From Archaeoglobus fulgidus DSM 4304 (GTDB taxonomy: Archaea; Halobacteriota; Archaeoglobi; Archaeoglobales; Archaeoglobaceae), in assembly GCF_000008665.1 (NCBI RefSeq), contig NC_000917.1:1290001-1322000 (forward strand): a stretch of DNA of 32,000 nt, read 5' to 3'. The position numbers were made by a program, and so were the translations under genes. Below, piece by piece: positions 7,277-15,721 of this stretch; within the stretch, counting starts at the first letter, position 1; each line of letters opens with the position of its first letter. The notes beneath the pieces were generated by a model. The model was not told where the DNA came from. It saw only the letters and a program-made list of their open reading frames with translations, and did not search any database.

Positions 7277-9118
7277 CTACTGAGAGAGCGCGCTCTTCAG
7301 GGCCTTCTTCAGCTTCTCAGCCACCACCTTTCCATCGACCTTGCCCCTGAACTCTTTCATCACGAGTCCCATGAGAGGCTTAAATGCCCCCTCTCCCCTC
7401 TCAGCAATCAAATCGGCCTTTTCCTCAATAAGCTTTGCAATGAAGCCGTCGATGTCCTCTGCAGCACCTATTTTCTCCTTCAACTGCCCAGCAGACATTT
7501 CCGGATTCTGACAGAGGAGCTTTAAAGCCTCCTCCGCTCCCTCCTTTGCTATGTCCCCTCTAAGAACCATGTCGAGAACTAACCTGTAATGCCTCTCCTC
7601 AAGCCTTTCAATTTCTACTCCTTCTCTCCTCAGTGCAGCCGGTGCAAGGTAAAGCACCCTCGCAACAACCGTTGGCTGCAGCTTCTCAGAATACTCCTCA
7701 AAAACTCTATAATATGGCGAATCTGCAATCTCCCATGCAAGGTCCTTTGGCAGGAGCTTCTCGTACCTCCTCGCCCTTTCCTCTATTAGCTCTGGAATCT
7801 CCACGTTCAGCATCTCCTCGGTCACAACGACGGGAGGCACATCCGTTTCGGGATACATTCTTGCCGCTCCCGGCAATGGGCGGAGGTAAGAGGTCGTCCC
7901 ATCCTCGTTAGCCTTCCTTGTCTCCTCAGGAACTCCAACAAGGCAGTGTTTTGCCCTCTCTATTATCCTTCTCAAGGCCCTCTCAACTCTCACCGCATCT
8001 CCTGCCGCCATTACAACCGCATCGCCGTCTTCAGCGCCCACAGCATCTCTCAGCCTGCTCACCTCTTCCTCGCTTATCCCGTAAGCAGGCAGCTCATCAG
8101 TGTGGAATACTCCCCCAAGCCCGTAGGTCTTGGCGATGTCTGCGAACTCCGTTCCGAGCCTCCTTCCGGGCTGGATTTCTCTCCCGACAATTCCTCCAAA
8201 ACCTCTCAGCAAAATTGCCTTCACCGTCTTGTTTCTGATTATCTTCGACTTCGTGTTGCTGAAAACGTCTGTGACATCAAAAACCTTCTCCTCTACCCTC
8301 GCTCCCCTCTGCTTGAGCTCCTCCCTTATTTTGAGAAGGTTGACCTGCCTCAAAACCTCGTATTCAACAATCTTGTCGAGAATGTCGAGTTCCTGCACGC
8401 CCTTTATCTCCACCCTCGCCCCATCCCTTATGCTGATGTTTACATCCTGCCTTATCGTCCCCAAGCCCCTCTTAACCTTTCCCGTTGACCTCAAAATCAT
8501 CCCGAGCCTCGCTGCAACCTTCTTTGCCATTTCTGGCGAATCGATGTCTGGCTCGGTGCCTATCTCAACCAGTGGAATTCCAAGCCTGTCGAGGGAGTAG
8601 ACAGCATAACCCTCCCCGTCCTCAACTTTCCTGCACGCTTCCTCTTCAAGGCAGAGGGTGGCAACACCCACCCTTTTCCCGTCAACCTCCAGAAAACCAC
8701 CAAATGCCACCAGAGCCGTCCTCTGAAAGCCCGTTGTGTTGCTCCCGTCGATGACAATTTTTCTCATCACATGCACTTCATCAACTACCTCCATGTTCAG
8801 CATTTTCGCAACCTGAATGGCTATAAGCAGAGCCTCTCTGTTTACCTCCCTCGGCGGCTCCTCGTCGGCCTCGACAAGGCATGTGGTGTCATAGTACTTG
8901 TAAATAAACCTCCTGCTCCTCTCAACCTCCTCCTTTGCCGCCCTGTCCTCTTCACCAATTTCGCTCCTCTTCAGCCTCAAATACCTGAAAAATTCAAAGT
9001 TAGACTCCTCAACCTCCCTCGTTAGGGTAGGGCAGAGGCAGAAGAGCTTGTGCTTTGTGTCGAGCTGCTGGTGAATCTCAATTCCAACCTTAAGTCCCAG
9101 CTTCTTGTAATCCATCAT
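7277..9118 (-). CDS. gatE: Glutamyl-tRNA(Gln) amidotransferase subunit E
   Basis: 613 aa. MDYKKLGLKVGIEIHQQLDT and the overall GatB/E core plus insertion and YqeY-like tail are unmistakable. Confidence 0.9.
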   Translation of the reverse strand: MMDYKKLGLKVGIEIHQQLDTKHKLFCLCPTLTREVEESNFEFFRYLRLKRSEIGEEDRAAKEEVERSRRFIYKYYDTTCLVEADEEPPREVNREALLIAIQVAKMLNMEVVDEVHVMRKIVIDGSNTTGFQRTALVAFGGFLEVDGKRVGVATLCLEEEACRKVEDGEGYAVYSLDRLGIPLVEIGTEPDIDSPEMAKKVAARLGMILRSTGKVKRGLGTIRQDVNISIRDGARVEIKGVQELDILDKIVEYEVLRQVNLLKIREELKQRGARVEEKVFDVTDVFSNTKSKIIRNKTVKAILLRGFGGIVGREIQPGRRLGTEFADIAKTYGLGGVFHTDELPAYGISEEEVSRLRDAVGAEDGDAVVMAAGDAVRVERALRRIIERAKHCLVGVPEETRKANEDGTTSYLRPLPGAARMYPETDVPPVVVTEEMLNVEIPELIEERARRYEKLLPKDLAWEIADSPYYRVFEEYSEKLQPTVVARVLYLAPAALRREGVEIERLEERHYRLVLDMVLRGDIAKEGAEEALKLLCQNPEMSAGQLKEKIGAAEDIDGFIAKLIEEKADLIAERGEGAFKPLMGLVMKEFRGKVDGKVVAEKLKKALKSALSQ

Positions 9119-9714
9119 CTCACCTTAAGCGTAATCTTTCGGAGGTAGTTCTCACTTCTGACATCCACCACGTAAGCTTCAGGCGCTATTGTGGGAAGAT
9201 GGTAGCCTGTAAACACCCTCAAAACCTCCCCAGCCTGAATGCTGCACGTCAAAGCGTACGAAATGGGGTCTCTCTTCACCTCCGGATACTCAACCTCCCA
9301 GAATTTAACCCCATCCGGCAAAAAAGTTGTGATGATGTCGGGAATGAAAGGCGCACCTATCTTTTCTGCTATCTCCGCCATCACCTCGATGTTCTTGTGC
9401 GCAACAACCACGTCAATGCCCCTGAGAAGCTTTCTCAGCTCTGACTCGCTTTCTGGATAAAGGTAGGAGATAACGCAGGAGTCTGAAGACATTGGATGCA
9501 CTACGTCGTAGTTGTTTGCCTCAAGGGGGTCGATGGTGCAGTCAAGCCTTGAGTCTACTGGAGAAACGTAGTCGGAGATGTACCTGATGCAGCCAACACC
9601 GCTCCTCCAGAGTATTTCCATTAGCATCCTGCTGCCAACAACGGCTACGCTGAACTTGCGTAGGTAATCTATTTTCTCCTCCTCGGCCATTCCGTGCCAG
9701 AAGATGTGCTTCAT
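9115..9714 (-). CDS. Conserved hypothetical protein (possible degenerate Rossmann/ThiF-like N-terminus)
   Basis: 199-aa ORF overlapping fbp by 1 nt (TGATG) and gatE by 4 nt (ATGA). VAVVGSRMLMEILWRSGVG is only weakly Rossmann-like. Confidence 0.5.
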   Translation of the reverse strand: MKHIFWHGMAEEEKIDYLRKFSVAVVGSRMLMEILWRSGVGCIRYISDYVSPVDSRLDCTIDPLEANNYDVVHPMSSDSCVISYLYPESESELRKLLRGIDVVVAHKNIEVMAEIAEKIGAPFIPDIITTFLPDGVKFWEVEYPEVKRDPISYALTCSIQAGEVLRVFTGYHLPTIAPEAYVVDVRSENYLRKITLKVR

Positions 9715-10826
9715 CAGACTTCTTCGAACCTCCCCTTCAGCTTTTCAAGAACTTTGGGGAGGGTTGTGTACTCCATATCCTCGCTCGGCAGTCTGTGCGG
9801 CTCGAAGGGGCCATGGCGGCGCATGTATTCGGCAATCTCCATTGCCTTCTGCCTCGTGTAGTCGAAGGCCGGGTCGTCGAACATGTCCACCGGGCCAATA
9901 ATCTTTCCATTGGCAAGCTGGAAGCCTGCGGCTATACAGCGAGGTGGGCCGTCAAAGCGCGTGCATTTGGAGTATTTGAAGGGCACTGGCATGATCGGCC
10001 CATTGTGGCTCCCCCTCATCCACCCGCTCACGAGGTGGGGGAAGGCGAAGGGCTCAAGAACCTCTCCAACTGCAGGCAACCCGCTCTGAGCCCTCACCAG
10101 TGCAACAGGATCATCCTTACCAACATACTCTCCCGCAACCTCGTAGAGCTTTTCTGTGCTGATTACCGCAACGGGCTCGTCAGCAGGAAGCTTTCCGCCC
10201 TCTTTTGGATAGACTCTCTTGATTACAAACCTGCTCTTCCCTCCAATCAGGGCGAGAATGTCGTACATCTCCTCAGGAGTCCTCATGAAAACCCTCTTGC
10301 TCTCCTTGATATCCCATATCTCGAATACAAAGCCCTGATGCATTGTGGGGTCTATAACCAGACCAGCGGTGTTGAAGGGGTCAGCGAACATCCTGAAGAT
10401 TGGCATGTTGAAGGCTCCGGGCTCGGTTTTATCCATCATGAAGGCTATTACTGGCTCCGCCTTTCTTTCTGTGAACTCCATCTCTGCTACTCCTGGCCCC
10501 AAGCCTCTGACGTTGCCCGAGAAGGCATCCTTGAGCAAATCCTGTCCCGCACCGTAAAGCTTCAGCTCCTTTGCAATGCCTGCAGCCTTCTCAAAAGTCT
10601 CCCATGCGAGCCTGTGGATCTCTTCGCTGTCAACGCCCTTATCGTGGGTCATCAGCAGTTCGAGGTCATCTCCAGCGTTGAATACTCTAAAATCAATAAT
10701 AAGGCCAGAATCAACAGCGTTTTTCAAATTCTCTTCAGCGGCTTTTTTCAGCTCATCGGGAACCGTTGTGTGCCCAGCGACGCTACCAACATCCGCTTTT
10801 ATCAGAGAAACGGTTACTTTCCTCAT
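9714..10826 (-). CDS. fbp: Fructose-1,6-bisphosphate aldolase/phosphatase (class V FBPase)
   Basis: KVTVSLIKADVGSVAGHT... matches across the full family length. The start is likely M9 of the track ORF (MRKVTVS, 10826). Confidence 0.9.
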   Translation of the reverse strand: MRKVTVSLIKADVGSVAGHTTVPDELKKAAEENLKNAVDSGLIIDFRVFNAGDDLELLMTHDKGVDSEEIHRLAWETFEKAAGIAKELKLYGAGQDLLKDAFSGNVRGLGPGVAEMEFTERKAEPVIAFMMDKTEPGAFNMPIFRMFADPFNTAGLVIDPTMHQGFVFEIWDIKESKRVFMRTPEEMYDILALIGGKSRFVIKRVYPKEGGKLPADEPVAVISTEKLYEVAGEYVGKDDPVALVRAQSGLPAVGEVLEPFAFPHLVSGWMRGSHNGPIMPVPFKYSKCTRFDGPPRCIAAGFQLANGKIIGPVDMFDDPAFDYTRQKAMEIAEYMRRHGPFEPHRLPSEDMEYTTLPKVLEKLKGRFEEV

Positions 10827-10889
10827 GATAAGATGATGATGCGTAAACAATTTAAACTTTAAGGTTTATGATAGAAAGACGTGATAACT

Positions 10890-11627
10890 ATGCTGGAGCG
10901 TGTGCCCACTGGGATACCGGGGTTTGATGAACTTTGCAGTGGTGGATTGTTGAGGGATAGGAGTTACCTTGTTTCCGGCCCGTCGGGTTCCGGCAAAACA
11001 ATTTTCGCAATGCAGTATCTTGTAAACGGCATAGAGAAGTACAACGAGCCCGGAGTTTTCGTTGCAACAGAAGAAAGACCCCAGCACCTTCGAGAGCACT
11101 TTCTGACCTTCGGCTGGGATTTGGAGAAGTACGAAGACGAGAACATGCTTGCAATAGTTGACGCAACTTCAACAAAAATCGGCCTGCCATCGGATGAGAG
11201 GTACATAGACGTCAGGCCCTTCGATACCCGCTCTCTCCTTGACCAGATAATCACCATTCAGGACGAGATCGGAGCGAGGAGAGCGGTTGTGGATTCAACA
11301 ACGTCCATCGGCTTTACGATCTCGGACCCAGCGAAGTTCAGAGTTGAGCTACTGAAGATATCCACGACAATGGAAATTCTCGGCCTCACCTCAATACTGA
11401 CCTGCGAGGTCGTTGAAGGTGGTGGAGATAAGATTAGCAGATTCGGAGTTGAGAACTTCGTTGTGGAGGGGACGATAGTCCTCTACTACACGAGAATAGA
11501 GAACACGAGAGTAAGGAGCATCGAAATCTTCAAAATGAGGGGGACGAACCACAGCAGCAAGATCCATCCGTTCGAGATAACTGAGAACGGGATTGTGGTT
11601 TATTCTAAGGAGGAAGTGTTCGCTTAG
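10890..11627 (+). CDS. KaiC-like / RecA-superfamily single-domain ATPase
   Basis: MLERVPTGIPGFDELCSGGL, with Walker A GPSGSGKT (10977-11000) and later RSIEIFKMRGTNHS. This is the classic archaeal KaiC/aRadC-like layout. Confidence 0.8.
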   Translation: MLERVPTGIPGFDELCSGGLLRDRSYLVSGPSGSGKTIFAMQYLVNGIEKYNEPGVFVATEERPQHLREHFLTFGWDLEKYEDENMLAIVDATSTKIGLPSDERYIDVRPFDTRSLLDQIITIQDEIGARRAVVDSTTSIGFTISDPAKFRVELLKISTTMEILGLTSILTCEVVEGGGDKISRFGVENFVVEGTIVLYYTRIENTRVRSIEIFKMRGTNHSSKIHPFEITENGIVVYSKEEVFA

Positions 11628-12865
11628 CGGAAGCGGCTCACCACAAAATTTTTCAGGTTCAACGGGTCGGAGAAGTGGAAAAGGTTTGCGTTTCCACTCA
11701 GTTTGGCCATATTCTTGCATAGCTCGAGGAATCTTCCCTCTTTGCCAAACATTATGATCTGAAGCCTTGCGTCAACGTTGCGCATCTTCTCCGCCTCCTT
11801 TAAAGCGCATCTCCACGGTGTGAGGTAGGGGTTGTAGCTTGACGTGGGCTCTCCATCTGAAATCAGAAAGACGACACCGGTTCCTGAGCTGCCCTTCAGT
11901 ATTTTTCTCGCCCTTTTTAGTGCCAGCCCGATGTCCGTCCTTCCTCTTGCCTCAAGGTTGAGAATTTCGCCCTCCTTGATTTCATGCGCCCTGTGGTTGA
12001 AGGCTATCACCCTCAGCTCATCGCCGCTTCCAGCTCTTCTTATGGCCTTTCTCAGACAGAGGGCAGCCTCGATCGCCCCAACGATCTTCCTCCCCCTCAT
12101 CGAATCGCTCACGTCTATCAGCATCACGTAAACGCATTTCTCCGTGTGCTTAGGCTGCCTCGCAACCATCTCGTTTTCGTTGAGCTCGATTTCACCCCTC
12201 ATCGCGGAGGCAATCAGGCTCTCGACGAGGTCGATGTTGTCGTAGCTGTGTGTGAATGGGTCGTAGTCCACAATCCTCTCGCTGGAAAAGATCGACTGTC
12301 CGAGCTTCTCGGTCTCGTGCTCTCCGTAGCTTCTCTTGTCGAGGTTTTGAAGGCTCAGAGAGAGAACTTTCTCAGCCAGAACGCTCTCAGCTTTGGCGGT
12401 GTAGTGAATTATCTTTCTGTGAAACCTGGTCTCGACCTTCTCGACGTATCCCATTTCCTGCAGCTCGTCAACAACCTCGTCGAAGAAGTTGTCAACAACC
12501 TGGCTCATGCTGAGCTCATCTTTGCTGATATCGCCCTTTTTTAGCATGTCTTTCAGCTCTTCCCACGCCTTCTGCTTTGCCTCTTTAATCTCCTGGTTTT
12601 TTTCCACCCAGTGGTTGCTCATGAATCCGAAGGTCTTCATGAGGTCCTTGAAAACGGAGGAGTACATTTCGAAGTCCTTTGCCATCTCAGGCTTCAGGTG
12701 CTTTTTGATTAGCTCGGTGACGTCAAAATCTCCCGAGTCTCTGTGGTAGGGATTGAAAATAGAGTAAAGCAGGTCTTCGGCTATCTTCTCCAGCCCGCCC
12801 TCGCTCCTCTGGCACAGCCCGCATTCGGGCTTATCTGTCGTAGGCGAGGTACTCATAAACTCCAA
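11624..12865 (-). CDS. von Willebrand factor A (VWA) domain protein with long helical N-terminal region
   Basis: A MIDAS DxSxS motif is present (LIDVSDSMRG, 12101-12115), and the downstream SDGEPT is typical of VWA. The N-terminus carries CGLC. The start is M1 (12865) or M4 (12856), and either overlaps the upstream AAA+ gene. Confidence 0.75.
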   Translation of the reverse strand: MEFMSTSPTTDKPECGLCQRSEGGLEKIAEDLLYSIFNPYHRDSGDFDVTELIKKHLKPEMAKDFEMYSSVFKDLMKTFGFMSNHWVEKNQEIKEAKQKAWEELKDMLKKGDISKDELSMSQVVDNFFDEVVDELQEMGYVEKVETRFHRKIIHYTAKAESVLAEKVLSLSLQNLDKRSYGEHETEKLGQSIFSSERIVDYDPFTHSYDNIDLVESLIASAMRGEIELNENEMVARQPKHTEKCVYVMLIDVSDSMRGRKIVGAIEAALCLRKAIRRAGSGDELRVIAFNHRAHEIKEGEILNLEARGRTDIGLALKRARKILKGSSGTGVVFLISDGEPTSSYNPYLTPWRCALKEAEKMRNVDARLQIIMFGKEGRFLELCKNMAKLSGNANLFHFSDPLNLKNFVVSRFR

Positions 12866-14252
12866 CCTCTCTTCTCTCCAGCAAGCCCGTACATCTCGCT
12901 ACTGATTCAAGCGTGATTTCAAGTGCTGAGCTAACCTCCTCCCTTCTCCTGCAGATTGATGACACAAAAGCCCACAGATTCTTGTATTTTTCAATTCCGT
13001 TCTCGGAGTAAACGTTAATCTCCCCAATTTCAGATAGCTCCTCCATCATTCCGCCGAATATGCTTCTCGGTATTGCGGCGTAGATTTCCCCGCAGACGGT
13101 ATCGATTGCATCATTGACAACCTCCCTCACCACTTCGTCCTTGCTAAGCTCTTCCTCGTAATCCACCTCAAACCTGCTCTTTAAAGCAAGGCTGAGATTG
13201 GCGAAATCTCTTCCATAGTCCGCGAACATCACCGCTTTCCGGCCATTTCGCATGGCTGAGGCGGCAACGTGATCAAAAGCCTTTATTGTTGCCCTGCAGC
13301 TCGGCTCAACCTCAATTCTTGCCGAGTATCTGCAGTTGCTGCTCCTCATGCATCTGACGGCAGAGGCGATTATCTTGAGATGCCACTCTGGAATTATTGA
13401 GCCATCCAAGGCCATGTTTCTCAGCCCTATCGCTATCTCGTGCTCTATGCTCTCGGGAGGGCCGATGTCTATCTGCTCCATCCTGTCGAGGAGTGGCTCC
13501 TTAATGTCCGAAACTCCCTTGTAGTTTGCAGGGTTAGTTGATGCTATGACGAGCGTGTCGATTTTCATGGGGACTATGTCTCCTTCGGGTGTGGTGACCT
13601 GCCTCTCCTCGAGAAGCTCGTGGAGGAGAGTTTGGAGAGCTGAGGGGATTGAACCGAGCTCGTCGAAGTATGCGATGCCCCTGTGTGCCTTGAGAATCCT
13701 TCCGGGAGTGAAGACTTCCGGGTGGTCGAGCTCGTAGCCCTCCTTTATTTTCTGAAGGCTGATTCCGCCGATGAGCTGCCTCGTCGTCATCATTGGGTCT
13801 CCGGCGATCCTTATCCACTTCTTCGGGACGAAAACGAGCTCAACCTCATCCTCTTCCAAGAGCTTTTTCTTGCAGGAGAAGCACGTCGGCTGCGTCGGGT
13901 CGTCGTGAATTCTGCACCCCTTGATGGCGAGGATTTTGTCGGGTAAAAGCTTTGAAATTGCCTTTGAGAAGGTTGTTTTCCCGTAACCCTTTTTCCCCTT
14001 GAAAAGGATGTTCGACCCGCTCATCAGGGCTGTTTTGACCATTTCCTTCTCCTTCTCCTTTCCTATTATTTCTTCAAATGGGTCGAGACCTCTTTTCTCA
14101 AATTCGAGGAGCTTCTCCCTCACGTATTCGGAAACGCTCTTCGAGTGGTAGTCTATAAGCTCCTTATCCCAGATGTCAACCTCCTCGCCGTTGAGAACGA
14201 ACCTGGGAGCGTTACTTCTTTTTATTCTTACCTCTTCGAATATGTAGTCCAT
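12831..14252 (-). CDS. ChlI/BchI-like (Mg-chelatase-type) AAA+ ATPase
   Basis: FEEIIGKEKEKEMVKTAL precedes the Walker A GKKGYGKTT (13971-13997). A Cys-containing insert (CRIHDDPTQPTCFSCKKK) resembles ChlI, and the Walker B/sensor region is AYFDELGSIPSALQTLLHELLEE...VIASTNP. The start is placed at M37 of the track ORF (MDYIFEE, 14252) because a TATA-like box lies about 25 nt upstream. Confidence 0.75.
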   Translation of the reverse strand: MDYIFEEVRIKRSNAPRFVLNGEEVDIWDKELIDYHSKSVSEYVREKLLEFEKRGLDPFEEIIGKEKEKEMVKTALMSGSNILFKGKKGYGKTTFSKAISKLLPDKILAIKGCRIHDDPTQPTCFSCKKKLLEEDEVELVFVPKKWIRIAGDPMMTTRQLIGGISLQKIKEGYELDHPEVFTPGRILKAHRGIAYFDELGSIPSALQTLLHELLEERQVTTPEGDIVPMKIDTLVIASTNPANYKGVSDIKEPLLDRMEQIDIGPPESIEHEIAIGLRNMALDGSIIPEWHLKIIASAVRCMRSSNCRYSARIEVEPSCRATIKAFDHVAASAMRNGRKAVMFADYGRDFANLSLALKSRFEVDYEEELSKDEVVREVVNDAIDTVCGEIYAAIPRSIFGGMMEELSEIGEINVYSENGIEKYKNLWAFVSSICRRREEVSSALEITLESVARCTGLLERREVGVYEYLAYDR

Positions 14253-14381
14253 TGTTGAAATAATTGTTGAAGGTTTATATTTCAGTTTTGGTTGCTTGCT
14301 TTTCGTGTGTTTGAGCATTGAGTGTGTACTGGTGAAAGTTTTTAAGAGGGAAAAATCCAATTACTTCGAAGGTGGAGCAGA

Positions 14382-15365
14382 ATGGGTGGTGAGAGCGATA
14401 AACAAAAAAAACCAGATTATTTTTTGGTTTCAGTCTCAAATCGTCGAAACCTTGAGCTGTGCATTAAGCATGCTATGGCGGGGTTCACAAACAGCATAAA
14501 CGGACTCTGGACGTTTTTCGACATTGATGTCGGAGATTACGTTTCATTTCTCTATGGTGCGAGGGTCAGGAACTTATACAAAGTGGTGGAAAAGAAGGCT
14601 TACAAAAACGCTGAAAAATTACCTCCGTGGCCTCCTGTTACTTTCAAGATGTCTGGTAAAACCTACTACTTTCCTTTCAGGCTTTTTCTCTCACAAGAGC
14701 GCCTTTTGGATGAGCCCATGGTTAGGCCTGAGTTTTCCTACGTCGCCGAGAATTTGCTTCTGAGGGGTGGATACAGAAAAACACACTTTCATGCAGACTC
14801 AATCACGTTCTATAATATTTCCCAGATGGGAATGCCCTACGAGGGGGAAAATGAAAGTTTACACTTGGAGGCGGAAACTTTTGAGCCGAAAATAGTGTTC
14901 AAGAAGGAAAATGAAACTATACCGGAGAAGTTTTATTTCAGAGAGATAATACTGCAATCTTTGGTTCGGAAGAAAATCCCCAACACCATATTGGGGGAAA
15001 TTTTGGAGCGCTTTGGTATGTTGCAGAACGCTTCAGAATTTGAGGTACTGGGGGAGAAAGCCCTTCCTGAAGGATACGTGGATATTTTCATAAAACTTAG
15101 GCATCCAACAGCATCAAACAGGTACATTCTAGTCGAAGTTAAAACGGGAAAGGCGCAACGAAAGGACATAAGACAGCTTTTAGAGTATATGAGCGAATAC
15201 GGTAGAGAAGCAGTAGGTGGAGTGCTGGTGGCAAGAGATTTTCCCAGAAAAGCAAATGCGGATGGAGTCGTTTTTGTTAATTATCGTTTCGATGATCTGG
15301 ATGTTGAAGGGGAGTATGCTTTCGAAAAACTTCTTGAGTTACTCCGTTTGGAGGTGGTGGTGTGA
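14382..15365 (+). CDS. PUA/EVE-like N-terminal domain fused to a NucS/RecB-type PD-(D/E)xK nuclease domain
   Basis: The N-terminus [26 protein letters not shown]...[22 protein letters not shown] follows the EVE/ASCH pattern. The C-terminus GYVD(234)IF...ILVE(252)VK(254)TGKA...IRQLLEYM is a PD-(D/E)xK core with D at 15081-15083 and ExK at 15135-15143. GGTGGAG lies 5 nt upstream of the ATG. Confidence 0.55.
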
Positions 15366-15607
15366 AAAAGAGGTTCTTTATTTTTCTGACACCCGATGGG
15401 ATGACGTACTCCAGTTGTGAAGGGATTTATCCAGATGTGGATAATTTACAGGTCCTTGGATGGGCTGAAGGCTTGACGAAAGAAGATGCTTTTGAGGAAT
15501 TTTTAAGAGTGAACAGGTGGGTTTTGGACACGAACTTTAAAGAAGTCATTTGCGTGGAGGCAAGAACCAGAATTCACGAAGGAAAGTTGTTTTTGCTTAA
15601 AAAGTAA
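15362..15607 (+). CDS. 81-aa hypothetical protein, translationally coupled to the upstream nuclease gene
   Basis: The GTG start overlaps the upstream stop (GTGA) and is preceded by GGAGGTGGTGGTG. I recognise no motif. The predicted protein is soluble. Confidence 0.5.
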
Positions 15608-15721
15608 TAATGACAGTCTTTTCTTTGTAATTGAAGTAGCTGTCTTTATCCATACTGCATGCTCTCCAACGTCAGTTTATAAGGTAAACTTTATTTACAA
15701 TGAAAGTGTTACAATCCAACC

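Noticed and set aside
7589-8754. A series of plus-strand ORFs of 66-180 aa.
   Set aside because: All are antisense to gatE. They are Pro/Ser/Leu-rich nonsense with no motifs.
9795-10862. A 355-aa ORF on the plus strand.
   Set aside because: It lies exactly antisense to the unmistakable FBP aldolase/phosphatase gene. Its translation has no recognisable motifs, so I treat it as a shadow ORF.
10826-10900. A possible C/D-box sRNA in the fbp/KaiC-like spacer, which contains gatgatgatg and a second tgatag.
   Set aside because: There is no CUGA D or D' box at appropriate spacing and no terminal stem. The ATG-rich run is simply the 5' end of fbp read on the opposite strand, plus divergent TATA-like boxes.
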